IMG/VR virus record: IMGVR_UViG_3300028591_000075
Location: 128,001 to 192,000 of that record
Direction: 5' to 3' (one strand)
Length of the DNA: 64,000 bases
Source of the DNA: a virus
Taxonomy: Duplodnaviria; Caudoviricetes
Positions 1 through 8,719 of this stretch are shown here, piece after piece (position 1 is the first letter of the stretch; every line of letters starts with the position of its first letter). The translations under genes were made by a program, and so were the position numbers. A model generated the notes under the pieces. It had not been told where the DNA came from and searched no databases. It was given only the letters and a program-made list of their open reading frames with translations.

Positions 1-1
1 T

Positions 2-697
2 CCATGGGAGAAGTTCTTGAAATCCGGCGAGTTCCGCGATGCGTATGTGAACTCCGCTTCGAAGAATCCGACTGAAGAAAAGAAGGCGGCGATTGACCCG
101 AAAGTGCTGGAAACGGTGCGTAACGCATACAGCTCCGGCTATGGCAGTGCGATGGAAGCGGTCGATGGAAAGATGAAGCAACTGAACAAGTATCTCGGGA
201 AGAAACCCGACAGCGACATCAAGGATTCCAAGGGATACATCGACACTACGCGCAGGGCGTTTAACTATTTCAAGGATGCCCATATCCAGGAAGGTGCCTG
301 GGCAGTTCATTTCACCAACGATAAGGCGTATCCCAAAATCAAGAAGAACGGATTTGCCAATGGCACGACCGTACTTGACCACCTGGCTTACACGACCATG
401 TATGATGGCGGTAGGGGCAAGCAGGGGTGGCTGTTCGCCCTCCCGGTCGGATGCTCTTATCTGAAACATTACGATCTTGGATACGGTGACTGCGCGTTCC
501 TCATCAAGGCAGATGGAGTTATCGCCAAGCATGTTGGTGAACAGGATGATGAACTCATCTTCCGTGACAAGGATGTGATTAAGAAGATACCTTTCCGCTA
601 CGATTATGATACGAAAAAGTGGGTAGTCGAGCCGGAAGACGGTAAAAATAAGGCATTTGAGACCATCGGGCAGGTTATCGAGGCGTATCAGAAGTAG
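2..697 (+). CDS. Hypothetical protein, 5'-truncated by the window; possible ADP-ribosyltransferase-like fold in the C-terminal part
   Basis: Frame is open from base 2. Motif order WAVHFT...IKKNGF...YG...DELIF resembles phage ART-like domains (weak). Confidence 0.5.
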   Translation, partial: PWEKFLKSGEFRDAYVNSASKNPTEEKKAAIDPKVLETVRNAYSSGYGSAMEAVDGKMKQLNKYLGKKPDSDIKDSKGYIDTTRRAFNYFKDAHIQEGAWAVHFTNDKAYPKIKKNGFANGTTVLDHLAYTTMYDGGRGKQGWLFALPVGCSYLKHYDLGYGDCAFLIKADGVIAKHVGEQDDELIFRDKDVIKKIPFRYDYDTKKWVVEPEDGKNKAFETIGQVIEAYQK

Positions 698-698
698 T

Positions 699-706
699 TA
701 TAAGCT
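699..706 (+). promoter_or_regulatory. Late promoter TATAAGCT (phoH)
   Basis: Copy of the recurring TATAA(A/G)CT motif, 50 nt before the ATG. Confidence 0.7.
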
Positions 707-756
707 GTAAGTGGTGCGGCAATTCCGCCGTACGACAACGACGGGACCTCTATCGC

Positions 757-1728
757 ATGGATACCAAGTTTTGCGGGAGACCAATCATCAGCGATCGCAA
801 TGGGCGCACGATTTTCGAGAAGACACCTGGCCAACAAAAATTGGTCGATGCTATCAATTCCAATGACATCATATTCGTATCAGGGCCATCAGGTACCGGT
901 AAGACCGCCATTGCCACATGGGTTGGCATTGACGGTATAGATGATGGTAAATATGAACGTCTTATACTTACCAGGCCAGTAGTTACCGGCGGTGAGGAGT
1001 TGGGTTTCCTACCCGGCTCTCTGGATGAGAAAGTGGCGCCATATATGCAGCCGCTAAAAGACGCGATTGCAATCATCAAGGGATATCCAAAACAGCATGA
1101 TGCGGAGAAGGAAGTCATCAAGCGCGAACCCATGACTGCAAAGGAAAAGAAGCGCATGCGTGCCAGCGCGAAGGACGTACCGGCACCGGTGGATTTCTAT
1201 GACAGGGTGCGTGTATGTCCACTGGCCTACATCCGTGGTTCGACGTTGGCCAAGTCTTACATCGTGTGCGATGAATTCCAGAACGTCACGCCGATGCAGA
1301 TGAAGATGATGATAACCCGCCTGGGTCGCGGTTCCAAGATGATCATCTGCGGTGACCCGAACCAGTGCGACTTGCCGGAAAAGGCAACATCCGGGTTCAA
1401 TGATGCCATCAGGTTGCTTGACGGTGTCCGCGGTATCGGGTTCGTTGAACTTGGTGTCGATGATATTGTCCGTCACCCGATGATGAAGGAAATCATCCTC
1501 CGGTATGAACGTCCTGGGTATCGAGCAAACAGCGGCAATTTCAGTGACGAGGATGACTTCAGGAAAATTCCGTCTCATACCTGGGAACGTGACCGCGAAG
1601 GCTACGATTTCAGTGATGAGCGGGATGAACTGGAAGATGGAATATGTACCCACTGCGACGGCACCGGAGTCGATTCCTTTACTGGCGACGCATGCCCGAT
1701 TTGTGGTGGAACTGGTCACATTGAATAG
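757..1728 (+). CDS. phoH: PhoH-family ATPase with C-terminal DnaJ-type zinc ribbon
   Basis: GPSGTGKT Walker A, LGFLPG, RGSTL, DEFQN, TRLG, GDPNQCD and VRHP motifs; tail CTHCDGTG...CPICGGTG. Confidence 0.95.
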   Translation: MDTKFCGRPIISDRNGRTIFEKTPGQQKLVDAINSNDIIFVSGPSGTGKTAIATWVGIDGIDDGKYERLILTRPVVTGGEELGFLPGSLDEKVAPYMQPLKDAIAIIKGYPKQHDAEKEVIKREPMTAKEKKRMRASAKDVPAPVDFYDRVRVCPLAYIRGSTLAKSYIVCDEFQNVTPMQMKMMITRLGRGSKMIICGDPNQCDLPEKATSGFNDAIRLLDGVRGIGFVELGVDDIVRHPMMKEIILRYERPGYRANSGNFSDEDDFRKIPSHTWERDREGYDFSDERDELEDGICTHCDGTGVDSFTGDACPICGGTGHIE

Positions 1729-1747
1729 GGAAATTCTATGGTAAACA

Positions 1748-1755
1748 TATAAACT
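1748..1755 (+). promoter_or_regulatory. Late promoter TATAAACT (holin-like gene)
   Basis: Exact motif, intergenic. Confidence 0.75.
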
Positions 1756-1784
1756 TCCGGTCGAAGCCAATCCCGAGGTTTTTA

Positions 1785-2195
1785 ATGGAAGCTATAGAAT
1801 TCATCACGCTGAAACTTAACATGATATCAGCATTTATAGTATCGGTGACGGGCCTGCTCATTGCGCTGGGCACGTTCGTTAAGCCATTTCGTAACTGGCT
1901 ACTTGAGCAGTTCACCAGCAAGAAAGCAATCACAGCCGAACTTGACCTGATGAAGGAAGCCCTCCAAGCAACCCTGCGCAATCAACTCACTGAAATTTAC
2001 TACCGTTCCATCGAACGCGGTTTCATCTATGAAAACGACAGGGAGAATTTTGAGCACCTGAATGTTGCGTATGAGAAGCTCGGGGGCAATTCTTATGTTC
2101 ACACAATTCATCAGCTGATTTCTGTGATGCCCAATGAAACGACTGTCAAGAAGAAAGTGAGGAGTACCCCAAGAAAACGTGCAGTGAGGAAATAA
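1785..2195 (+). CDS. Holin-like membrane protein
   Basis: One N-terminal TM helix, LRNQL..IY...RGFI...YEKLGGNS motif typical of phage holin-annotated proteins, basic C-terminus; GAGG SD. Confidence 0.6.
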   Translation: MEAIEFITLKLNMISAFIVSVTGLLIALGTFVKPFRNWLLEQFTSKKAITAELDLMKEALQATLRNQLTEIYYRSIERGFIYENDRENFEHLNVAYEKLGGNSYVHTIHQLISVMPNETTVKKKVRSTPRKRAVRK

Positions 2196-2197
2196 TT

Positions 2198-2473
2198 ATG
2201 GCTACCGTGGATTGCTATCAGACTGGGGACTACGGGTATTTCGGTGTCGAACGTGACCCAGACTACTATCGGAACCATGGACCGATCCGTCCAAGGCCCG
2301 TTCTGGAACATATGGTTGGACGCCCGGTCGACTGGATGATGCATGTTTGTCATCCATATTACATCCCAAACCAGCCTCCCCCTCCTCCACCTCCGTGCTG
2401 CTGTTGCGGCCCGTTTCCACCTGACCCTCATTACCGGTGGTATTGGCCATGGGCCCCGTGGTGGAGACCATAA
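2198..2473 (+). CDS. Small Pro/Cys/Trp-rich hypothetical protein
   Basis: Starts 2 nt after the holin-like stop, GAGG SD, followed by a terminator. Confidence 0.6.
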   Translation: MATVDCYQTGDYGYFGVERDPDYYRNHGPIRPRPVLEHMVGRPVDWMMHVCHPYYIPNQPPPPPPPCCCCGPFPPDPHYRWYWPWAPWWRP

Positions 2474-2505
2474 AATTGCATCGTCCTGATTTCTTTCAGG
2501 AACTA

Positions 2506-2530
2506 GCCTCCTACGGGAGGCATTTTTGTT
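2506..2530 (+). terminator. Intrinsic terminator
   Basis: GCCTCC-TACG-GGAGGC followed by ATTTTTGTT. Confidence 0.85.
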
Positions 2531-2537
2531 ATAAACT
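2530..2537 (+). promoter_or_regulatory. Late promoter TATAAACT
   Basis: Exact motif directly after the terminator. Confidence 0.8.
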
Positions 2538-2554
2538 GTCATTCGAGGTTTACT

Positions 2555-2941
2555 ATGGATTTCAAAAAGACAATTTTTGAAGCATGTGTTGCGGTCCCTT
2601 CCATGGGTGACGCCATCGCTGCCGCATATGACTGCATTTTTGAGGCAGATGCTGGAACTGCCCAGACATCATCTACCCAGGTGCAGAATGGCGGTACCAG
2701 TCAAAACGATGTTGCCATCGACCCTGCTGCGATTACGGAAAATCCGGAAAGCGCCAAGATCCTGGCCGATATTGCAACTAAGGCATCCCAGCAGCAACAG
2801 CAGGTCGAGCAGGCCCAGAAGCAACTTGACCAGACCACCGAGGCTGCCAAGACGACGCTCATGGAACTGGACAAGGAACATGATGCCCAGGAAACTCTCA
2901 ACGAGCAAAACCAGAAGCAGATTCCTAATACCCAGGGGTAG
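2555..2941 (+). CDS. Acidic Q-rich protein, putative head-internal protein with cleavable leader
   Basis: Late promoter; leader KTIFEA...DCIFEA; coiled-coil C-terminus. Confidence 0.7.
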   Translation: MDFKKTIFEACVAVPSMGDAIAAAYDCIFEADAGTAQTSSTQVQNGGTSQNDVAIDPAAITENPESAKILADIATKASQQQQQVEQAQKQLDQTTEAAKTTLMELDKEHDAQETLNEQNQKQIPNTQG

Positions 2942-2944
2942 TCA

Positions 2945-3514
2945 ATGGTTCCGGCAATCAAGTATCTTGAATTCATGAAGGGCCTGTTTGAGGCTACCGG
3001 CGACCGTGGTGTGGTGGCCGCTGCCGAGACATTCCGCGCCCTCTGTGAAGGCAACTACTTCCGGCCACTGATGGTTCCGGATTCGATACGGCAGAATGCC
3101 GTCATCGACTGGAAGGGCTTTACCCATATTGTCCCGAGCGCTTCGAACACCTCCGGTACGTCGGCGCCCGATGTGCTTCCCGATGGCGGAAACACCATTA
3201 GCGGCCACTGTACAAGGGATATTGGTGCGGAAACCCGTGAGGCGAAGTGGGAAGTGCCTGACCTGATTTCCGGTGGACAGGTGACCGGCCTCGGAAAGTA
3301 CAAGACGGATGTTTTCCAGTCGGTACCCATTGAAGACATGATTAAGCGGGCACAGGCGAACCTTCCCAATCCGATGGAATGGGCTGTTTCCCTGAACCAC
3401 ATGCCGATGAAGTGCGGCTACTCGATAACATGCCCGAATAACCAGAACGGCGTGTATGCCGGCGACGGTGTCGGTGGTGGTTCTGATTCCGGCGGTGGTG
3501 GAGCGCCATCCTAG
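2945..3514 (+). CDS. Hypothetical protein, putative head-internal protein
   Basis: Leader KGLFEA...ALCEG; Gly-rich C-terminus. Confidence 0.7.
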   Translation: MVPAIKYLEFMKGLFEATGDRGVVAAAETFRALCEGNYFRPLMVPDSIRQNAVIDWKGFTHIVPSASNTSGTSAPDVLPDGGNTISGHCTRDIGAETREAKWEVPDLISGGQVTGLGKYKTDVFQSVPIEDMIKRAQANLPNPMEWAVSLNHMPMKCGYSITCPNNQNGVYAGDGVGGGSDSGGGGAPS

Positions 3515-3515
3515 T

Positions 3516-3710
3516 ATGACCAAGCAATTTCTACTACTTTTCATAGCAATCATGATATTCATGGTTGCTTTTGCGTACGAGGCCGGATCGTTGGCAGTCG
3601 CGTCCGATAATATACGCATAGAACACCATGTTGTAAAGGATGGGACCTGGGTGGACACCTCGGCCCCATATAAACTGCCAGAAAAGAAACATTTTTGGAC
3701 ATTGCCATGA
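3516..3710 (+). CDS. Small membrane-anchored protein (64 aa)
   Basis: ATG 1 nt after the upstream stop; hydrophobic N-terminus; its TGA overlaps the next ATG (ATGA). Confidence 0.5.
   Translation: MTKQFLLLFIAIMIFMVAFAYEAGSLAVASDNIRIEHHVVKDGTWVDTSAPYKLPEKKHFWTLP
3669..3676 (+). promoter_or_regulatory. Late promoter TATAAACT
   Basis: Exact motif 30 nt before ATG 3707. Confidence 0.7.
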
Positions 3711-5656
3711 ACGAAGAAATCTTTGATAGCATCTCGGACCTGCTTGCCAAGAGCGGCACGACCGTTTCCAAGAAACTGGATGGCTCGATTGTAGTGTCGC
3801 TGCCGGACAGTTCGGAAAAACTCGCCGATTGTACTGACAACGGCGATGGAACCGTTTCCTACACGATGTACCGCGGTGATGATACGGAGGAGGTCGGTAG
3901 CGGCACTCCGGAAGAGTTCAAGGAACATGTGCTTGATGCGCTTGATTCGTGGATTGACTATGTCCCGTATGACCAGTTCGCCGTAGAACCTAATGTTTCG
4001 GTGGAATACCGTCGCGCAATCGGCGAGAGTCGGGATGATGCCATGCGTCGCTCCCTCTTCGAGATGGGGTTGGATTACAACCAGGCCGAGGCGATAATAG
4101 GTGTCGCCAATGCTCTCATGGAATCCGGTGAATATGTATCGGTCAATGTTGATGGAAAGACCATGGAGGGGAGCTCGTTCGAAAACTTGGTTTCGAGAAA
4201 TGAGCCATACCTCACCCGCAAATGGTTGTTGAAGCAAATTAGGGAAAAGAATGTCGATGTTCAAGGCATGGATCTGAAGATGTCGGGAATATCGGCATTG
4301 ACGGAAAAGATTTGGCAGCATGACCATCCAGGCGAGGACTTGGGTGCCCTGTCGCCGGCAGAAAAGACGGCAGAGCTGAACAAGGTTAAGCCAACCAAGG
4401 CGCAGCTTAAAGAATATGTGGAACAATATCGTTCCGCTGCACAGACCCAGACATTCCAGACCGATGATGATGTCCTGGGCAACAATTTCGACAAAAGGAC
4501 AAAGGAAAAGGACACTTCGAAGGATACTGCTCTTCGTGCCGCGGTCTCGGGTAATGAAGATGCCATTCAAAGTGGAGAGGCCGATGACTACGATGATGAA
4601 ATCGAAGGCCATGGCGGTCATCTTGCTGCGAACTACACCGAGGATGGCCGAAAGATTTCCGGTTCAGATGAGGAAGCATCCGCCGAAATCGGTGCTTCGG
4701 TAAAGGAAATCAAAGACCAGGATTCAAATACCAAAACCGATGCACAGCAGCGCATCATAAAAATGCTCGGTGATAAGGGATACAAGTATCCTGAACTGGG
4801 CACACTCCCAATCAAGACCTTGGAGCAGTGCTTGTTTGCGATTAACAAACTTACCGCAAAGAAGAAGTTCAACCTAGATACTGATGCCGAATTGGAACCG
4901 GGCAAACTGCTTCATAAAGCCGGATATACCAAGGATAATGGTCCGAGCGATGAAGATGTTCGCGATGAAATGATGAAAACTTTGTGGGTTGGCGATGTAA
5001 ACTCGCTCAATAGCAAGGAACCGTATGAAATCCCGACTGACTTCATTGCAATGATTGAGGAGAATGCCGAGACACTTAAGAATTCGTTTGACGAATATCT
5101 GGCTATTATTCCGAGATTGCCTCGTGGAACGGCTACCCGGTATGTAATGGATCTCCTGTTTGGTGCTCCGGGAAATGGCGTTGGCGGAATCGTTGGCGGT
5201 ATCTTGAATGGTGACCAGACAATCATGGACAAGATTGCTAAAGGTGAAAGCCTCATTGATGGAAGCTCGATGACGCCGGCTCAGTACAACGGCATTTCGC
5301 AGGCACTGAAAAACGAAGTGCTCAGTAGCGCCATTAGAGCAGTACAGGATAATCTGGGAAATTACATCGACATCATTGTCAGCGGATTGCCCGGTGCATT
5401 CGATGAAGCATGCAACGATAATGTATCCGATTACACCTATGCGGCAATCGATCCGGAATTCGTTACTATGATTCGTTCCATCTTGTTTGGAAAGCAATGC
5501 CCGCTCGCCGGTTATCCATGGAATGCTATCGACACCCTTATCAATGATATTGGTAAGGTAATGACGGTAAGTGCACCATCCGGTGCGCAGCGTAAGATTA
5601 CTGGAACTGTGCCTGGCAAGACCATTAAACCTAAGAAACCAGAAGAACAGTCGTAA
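3707..5656 (+). CDS. Large acidic hypothetical protein, putative head-internal/ejected protein
   Basis: Long ORF, late promoter, internal RSLFEM...ALMES motif. Confidence 0.8.
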   Translation: MNEEIFDSISDLLAKSGTTVSKKLDGSIVVSLPDSSEKLADCTDNGDGTVSYTMYRGDDTEEVGSGTPEEFKEHVLDALDSWIDYVPYDQFAVEPNVSVEYRRAIGESRDDAMRRSLFEMGLDYNQAEAIIGVANALMESGEYVSVNVDGKTMEGSSFENLVSRNEPYLTRKWLLKQIREKNVDVQGMDLKMSGISALTEKIWQHDHPGEDLGALSPAEKTAELNKVKPTKAQLKEYVEQYRSAAQTQTFQTDDDVLGNNFDKRTKEKDTSKDTALRAAVSGNEDAIQSGEADDYDDEIEGHGGHLAANYTEDGRKISGSDEEASAEIGASVKEIKDQDSNTKTDAQQRIIKMLGDKGYKYPELGTLPIKTLEQCLFAINKLTAKKKFNLDTDAELEPGKLLHKAGYTKDNGPSDEDVRDEMMKTLWVGDVNSLNSKEPYEIPTDFIAMIEENAETLKNSFDEYLAIIPRLPRGTATRYVMDLLFGAPGNGVGGIVGGILNGDQTIMDKIAKGESLIDGSSMTPAQYNGISQALKNEVLSSAIRAVQDNLGNYIDIIVSGLPGAFDEACNDNVSDYTYAAIDPEFVTMIRSILFGKQCPLAGYPWNAIDTLINDIGKVMTVSAPSGAQRKITGTVPGKTIKPKKPEEQS

Positions 5657-5672
5657 ATTTACGTTTACATTT

Positions 5673-5708
5673 GAAAAAATGACGGTCATTTCGATGACCG
5701 TCTTTTTC
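5673..5708. terminator. Intrinsic terminator, probably bidirectional
   Basis: GAAAAAAT-GACGGTCAT-TTCG-ATGACCGTC-TTTTTC. Confidence 0.9.
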
Positions 5709-5739
5709 ATTGGCGGTCCATTTTTGCTACATTTACAAT

Positions 5740-6216
5740 ATGAAATCAAGATCGCCTTTCTTTTATCGCTACATGACGGTGCGTGGCATTCCGTACCAGT
5801 ACACCCAACCAAAGGATATATTCCTTGGCAAATACATTGCGCTTGATGGCACCGAGCGTGAACGCTGGATTCATACCCGACCCGATGATGACGCATTTTA
5901 CCGGCGCCGGAAAATCGTTGAACGGGTTCTACGGAGACATGAGGTTAGTAAGCATCAGCGCATGATTTCCCGGTTTGCTTTTGAATGCTGGTTCAGAGCA
6001 TTTGGGCCAACCAAGACAACCGGGTATCTATATGAGTATAGGCTTGCCGTGCTCAATCGGATGATGTACTTGGTGAAGAAGTATATGATACGGAAGAATA
6101 AGCCGGTTCCGCCTAGGTGTTACCGGGATTCGTGGGCACTTATGATGAACTTCATGAAAATGTCAATGACGTATGTGAATGAACACTTCAAGAGAACGGA
6201 GTTACCTGTTGTATGA
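5740..6216 (+). CDS. Basic hypothetical protein
   Basis: ATG 5 nt after a TACATTT element; stop overlaps the next start (ATGA). Confidence 0.7.
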   Translation: MKSRSPFFYRYMTVRGIPYQYTQPKDIFLGKYIALDGTERERWIHTRPDDDAFYRRRKIVERVLRRHEVSKHQRMISRFAFECWFRAFGPTKTTGYLYEYRLAVLNRMMYLVKKYMIRKNKPVPPRCYRDSWALMMNFMKMSMTYVNEHFKRTELPVV

Positions 6217-6647
6217 AAAGAAAGAAAACTGTAATAAAGGGTGTTGCGATGGTTTCAGACGAAGAAGCCTGGGCTCGCAATAAGCGCAGCTACAACCTCA
6301 TGGACATTCAGCGCGAAGCGGAAGTCGCCCAAAGCGCACAGGCAATGAATGCCGATGAATTAAAGTATCCGAGTGATTTCTATGCCGTTATGCGATTGAT
6401 GAAGCGTCATGGTGATGTCAAGCTAAGCAAGATACTGGCTACATTCAGTCCACTCGGTTTTATATGCCCGCAGTGTAACGGCACCGGCACGGTCAGGGAA
6501 AAGTATGCCACCGATATGCTTGCCGTTTCAACTGGATGCGCCGACTGGTCATACCGTGATGCCGAGTGCCCGCTGTGCAAGGGTACCGGGGCGGTATCTA
6601 AGAAGTTGAAGCCTAAGATGGTACAGGATGGTTGGGAAGAAGCCTAG
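6213..6647 (+). CDS. Protein with DnaJ-type zinc finger
   Basis: CPQCNGTG...CPLCKGTG. Confidence 0.8.
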   Translation: MKRKKTVIKGVAMVSDEEAWARNKRSYNLMDIQREAEVAQSAQAMNADELKYPSDFYAVMRLMKRHGDVKLSKILATFSPLGFICPQCNGTGTVREKYATDMLAVSTGCADWSYRDAECPLCKGTGAVSKKLKPKMVQDGWEEA

Positions 6648-7678
6648 ACATCCTCTATGTAGGTAATGCCACCGGACTTCACGATATCGTTGAAACGCTC
6701 CTTGTCCAGGATTCTGTATCGAATCTTTCGTGACGAGTTTACCGGTGAGCCGTCCCATGCGCTGAAGTAACTGTTGAGATGATACTTGGATATCGGTTCG
6801 CTTACGTTATTTCGCCTCATCATGTCCTCGATGCGGTTCGCCGCATCGTATTCAAGTCTTGGGACTACGAGTGAGTAACCGACACCGTTTCGCCATGGCC
6901 ATGCCAACAAGAGTGCGGTCTGTGGAGCTTCTGGCTTGGGGGGCTGGATTTCCCGCATAATGCCGGATTCAATCATTTCGTCCACGGTAGCATTCGGGAA
7001 TATCTTTCCATGGAGTGTTGACCTTCCTGTAACGAATTTTCCCTTGAAATTGGCATCACTGCATGCGTAGGCCACAATCGGCCTGTTCAGCCATTTGGTG
7101 GCTTTTGGAATTGCCCAACTAAGGTCCTTTTCGGCAACCCTGGATATGGCCGTCTCGCCCGGTTTATAGTCGCGGGCAGCAAGAAGGACTGTCCCGTCGT
7201 TTGCTATGCGGTTGGCCATGCCATTGTTGAGGGTAATCGGCGTATCGTTTACTACCGTGATGCGATAGTCGGATCTTGCGTTGATACGGTCACACCATTC
7301 CTGGAACCTTGGGCCATGGGTCTCCTTTACATCCCTGAGGTCGTCCGAGTAATCGAGATATGCATGTATCATTTCATGGATGAGAACTTCATCCAGCTTC
7401 TTCGGTGTGAAATCATATGCGTCCGAAAGCATGATTTCACATTTGAGTACCTCCGGTACCCCAAAGAAGATTTGAACTCGGCAGCTGCAGTGGCCCAGTG
7501 CCCTGACCCTTTTTGAGAACCCTATCGGTATCATGGCCGGCAGGTTTCCGGCATCTCCTTCAAAGAACTGGTTGCGAAATACCCTATACCGTTCTTCGAT
7601 ATACCCCTTCCCGTATTCGGAGGGGCGTTTGGCTATGCTTGTCTCAACATCCTCGAAAAGTGCGCACTGTACCATCAT
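6644..7678 (-). CDS. SprT-like zinc metalloprotease
   Basis: LIHEMIH zincin motif followed by HGPRFQ; start moved to 7678, just after a minus-strand TATAAACT. Confidence 0.85.
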   Translation of the reverse strand: MMVQCALFEDVETSIAKRPSEYGKGYIEERYRVFRNQFFEGDAGNLPAMIPIGFSKRVRALGHCSCRVQIFFGVPEVLKCEIMLSDAYDFTPKKLDEVLIHEMIHAYLDYSDDLRDVKETHGPRFQEWCDRINARSDYRITVVNDTPITLNNGMANRIANDGTVLLAARDYKPGETAISRVAEKDLSWAIPKATKWLNRPIVAYACSDANFKGKFVTGRSTLHGKIFPNATVDEMIESGIMREIQPPKPEAPQTALLLAWPWRNGVGYSLVVPRLEYDAANRIEDMMRRNNVSEPISKYHLNSYFSAWDGSPVNSSRKIRYRILDKERFNDIVKSGGITYIEDV

Positions 7679-7685
7679 GTAGAAT

Positions 7686-7693
7686 AGTTTATA
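7686..7693 (-). promoter_or_regulatory. Late promoter TATAAACT (SprT-like gene)
   Basis: AGTTTATA on the + strand, 7 nt from the ATG. Confidence 0.75.
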
Positions 7694-7748
7694 GTGGCAA
7701 AATGCACCCTCTGTGCAGTCAATACCTGCGCAAAAACTCATCAACGGC

Positions 7749-7756
7749 TATAAACT
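7749..7756 (+). promoter_or_regulatory. Late promoter TATAAACT (prohead core operon)
   Basis: Exact motif. Confidence 0.8.
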
Positions 7757-7780
7757 TACTGGAAAATCGTGGTAAATGGA

Positions 7781-7954
7781 ATGCAGAAAGCAGAAACACA
7801 GAGACTGGTGACGGCACTGTTCAACAACGACGACGCGGAAATCAACCGGATCGTCAGTGCCAGGCTCGAAAGCCAGTTCAAGCGCCGGGTCGAGGAGACC
7901 AGCAAGGCCGTGTTCGAAAGTATGCTGTCTGACCAGGAGCCTCAGTTTGGGTAA
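7781..7954 (+). CDS. Small prohead core protein, gp67-like
   Basis: LVTALFNND..E...VSARLE...VEE..KAVFES resembles the T4 gp67 pattern; lies upstream of the protease. Confidence 0.6.
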   Translation: MQKAETQRLVTALFNNDDAEINRIVSARLESQFKRRVEETSKAVFESMLSDQEPQFG

Positions 7955-7971
7955 TTCAGGGGAGTCGAAAA

Positions 7972-8712
7972 ATGGGTGCAATAACTAACAATATGGGCAT
8001 TTTCGAGACACCGGTGTTTGAGGGATCCACCTCTCATATCGGTGAACGTATCGGCCTTGATGGCAAGCCCGTCAAGCGCCTGATTATCGAAGGTACCGCC
8101 ATCGTCTGTGGAGTGGTCGGTATTAACGGGCGTGACTACCCCCGCGAAATCATCGCCAGGGAAGTCGAACGCCTGAACCGTGACTATGTTGCCTACGGTC
8201 GTCTCGCTGCGGAACTCAACCATCCGCGTCTGGACGAGGAAGGCAAGCCCCGCGACTACCCGATTTTTGAAATGAACTTGAAGAAGACCTGCGCCGTCAT
8301 TGAGGACCTTCACATGGAAGGTGACAAGCTCAAATGCCGCATGGTTGTTGCTGAGGATACTGATGCTGGACACGACTTGGCTGGCCTCATCAAGATTGGC
8401 TATCATCCTGGCTATTCTCTCCGTGGCGCAGGTGATACGGTCAAGAAGGTGAATGCGGTCACTCGCGAAGAATACGAGCAGATTGCCGACAACTACACGA
8501 TGATTACCGTTGATGTAGTTGGCAACCCGAGCTTCGGACAGAGCGCAATCTTCAATGCGAAGCGCGAATCTGTCGAAAAGCCGATTAAAGTCCTCACCGA
8601 ATCAATCAATTCGCTGCGCCGTGAAGTGGCATACAACAGGACCCTGATATCCACCGGGTATCGCAGCTATAACCGTGAATCGCTCATTGGGTACCTGAGC
8701 CAGATGAGATAG
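7972..8712 (+). CDS. gp21: Prohead core protease (gp21-like)
   Basis: NGRDYP, ELNHP (catalytic His), GYSLRGAG (catalytic Ser), DVVGNPS. Confidence 0.92.
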   Translation: MGAITNNMGIFETPVFEGSTSHIGERIGLDGKPVKRLIIEGTAIVCGVVGINGRDYPREIIAREVERLNRDYVAYGRLAAELNHPRLDEEGKPRDYPIFEMNLKKTCAVIEDLHMEGDKLKCRMVVAEDTDAGHDLAGLIKIGYHPGYSLRGAGDTVKKVNAVTREEYEQIADNYTMITVDVVGNPSFGQSAIFNAKRESVEKPIKVLTESINSLRREVAYNRTLISTGYRSYNRESLIGYLSQMR

Positions 8713-8719
8713 GGATAAT

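Noticed and set aside
2942-4621. 559-aa minus-strand ORF
   Set aside because: Antisense shadow of three well-supported + strand genes; no motifs or promoter
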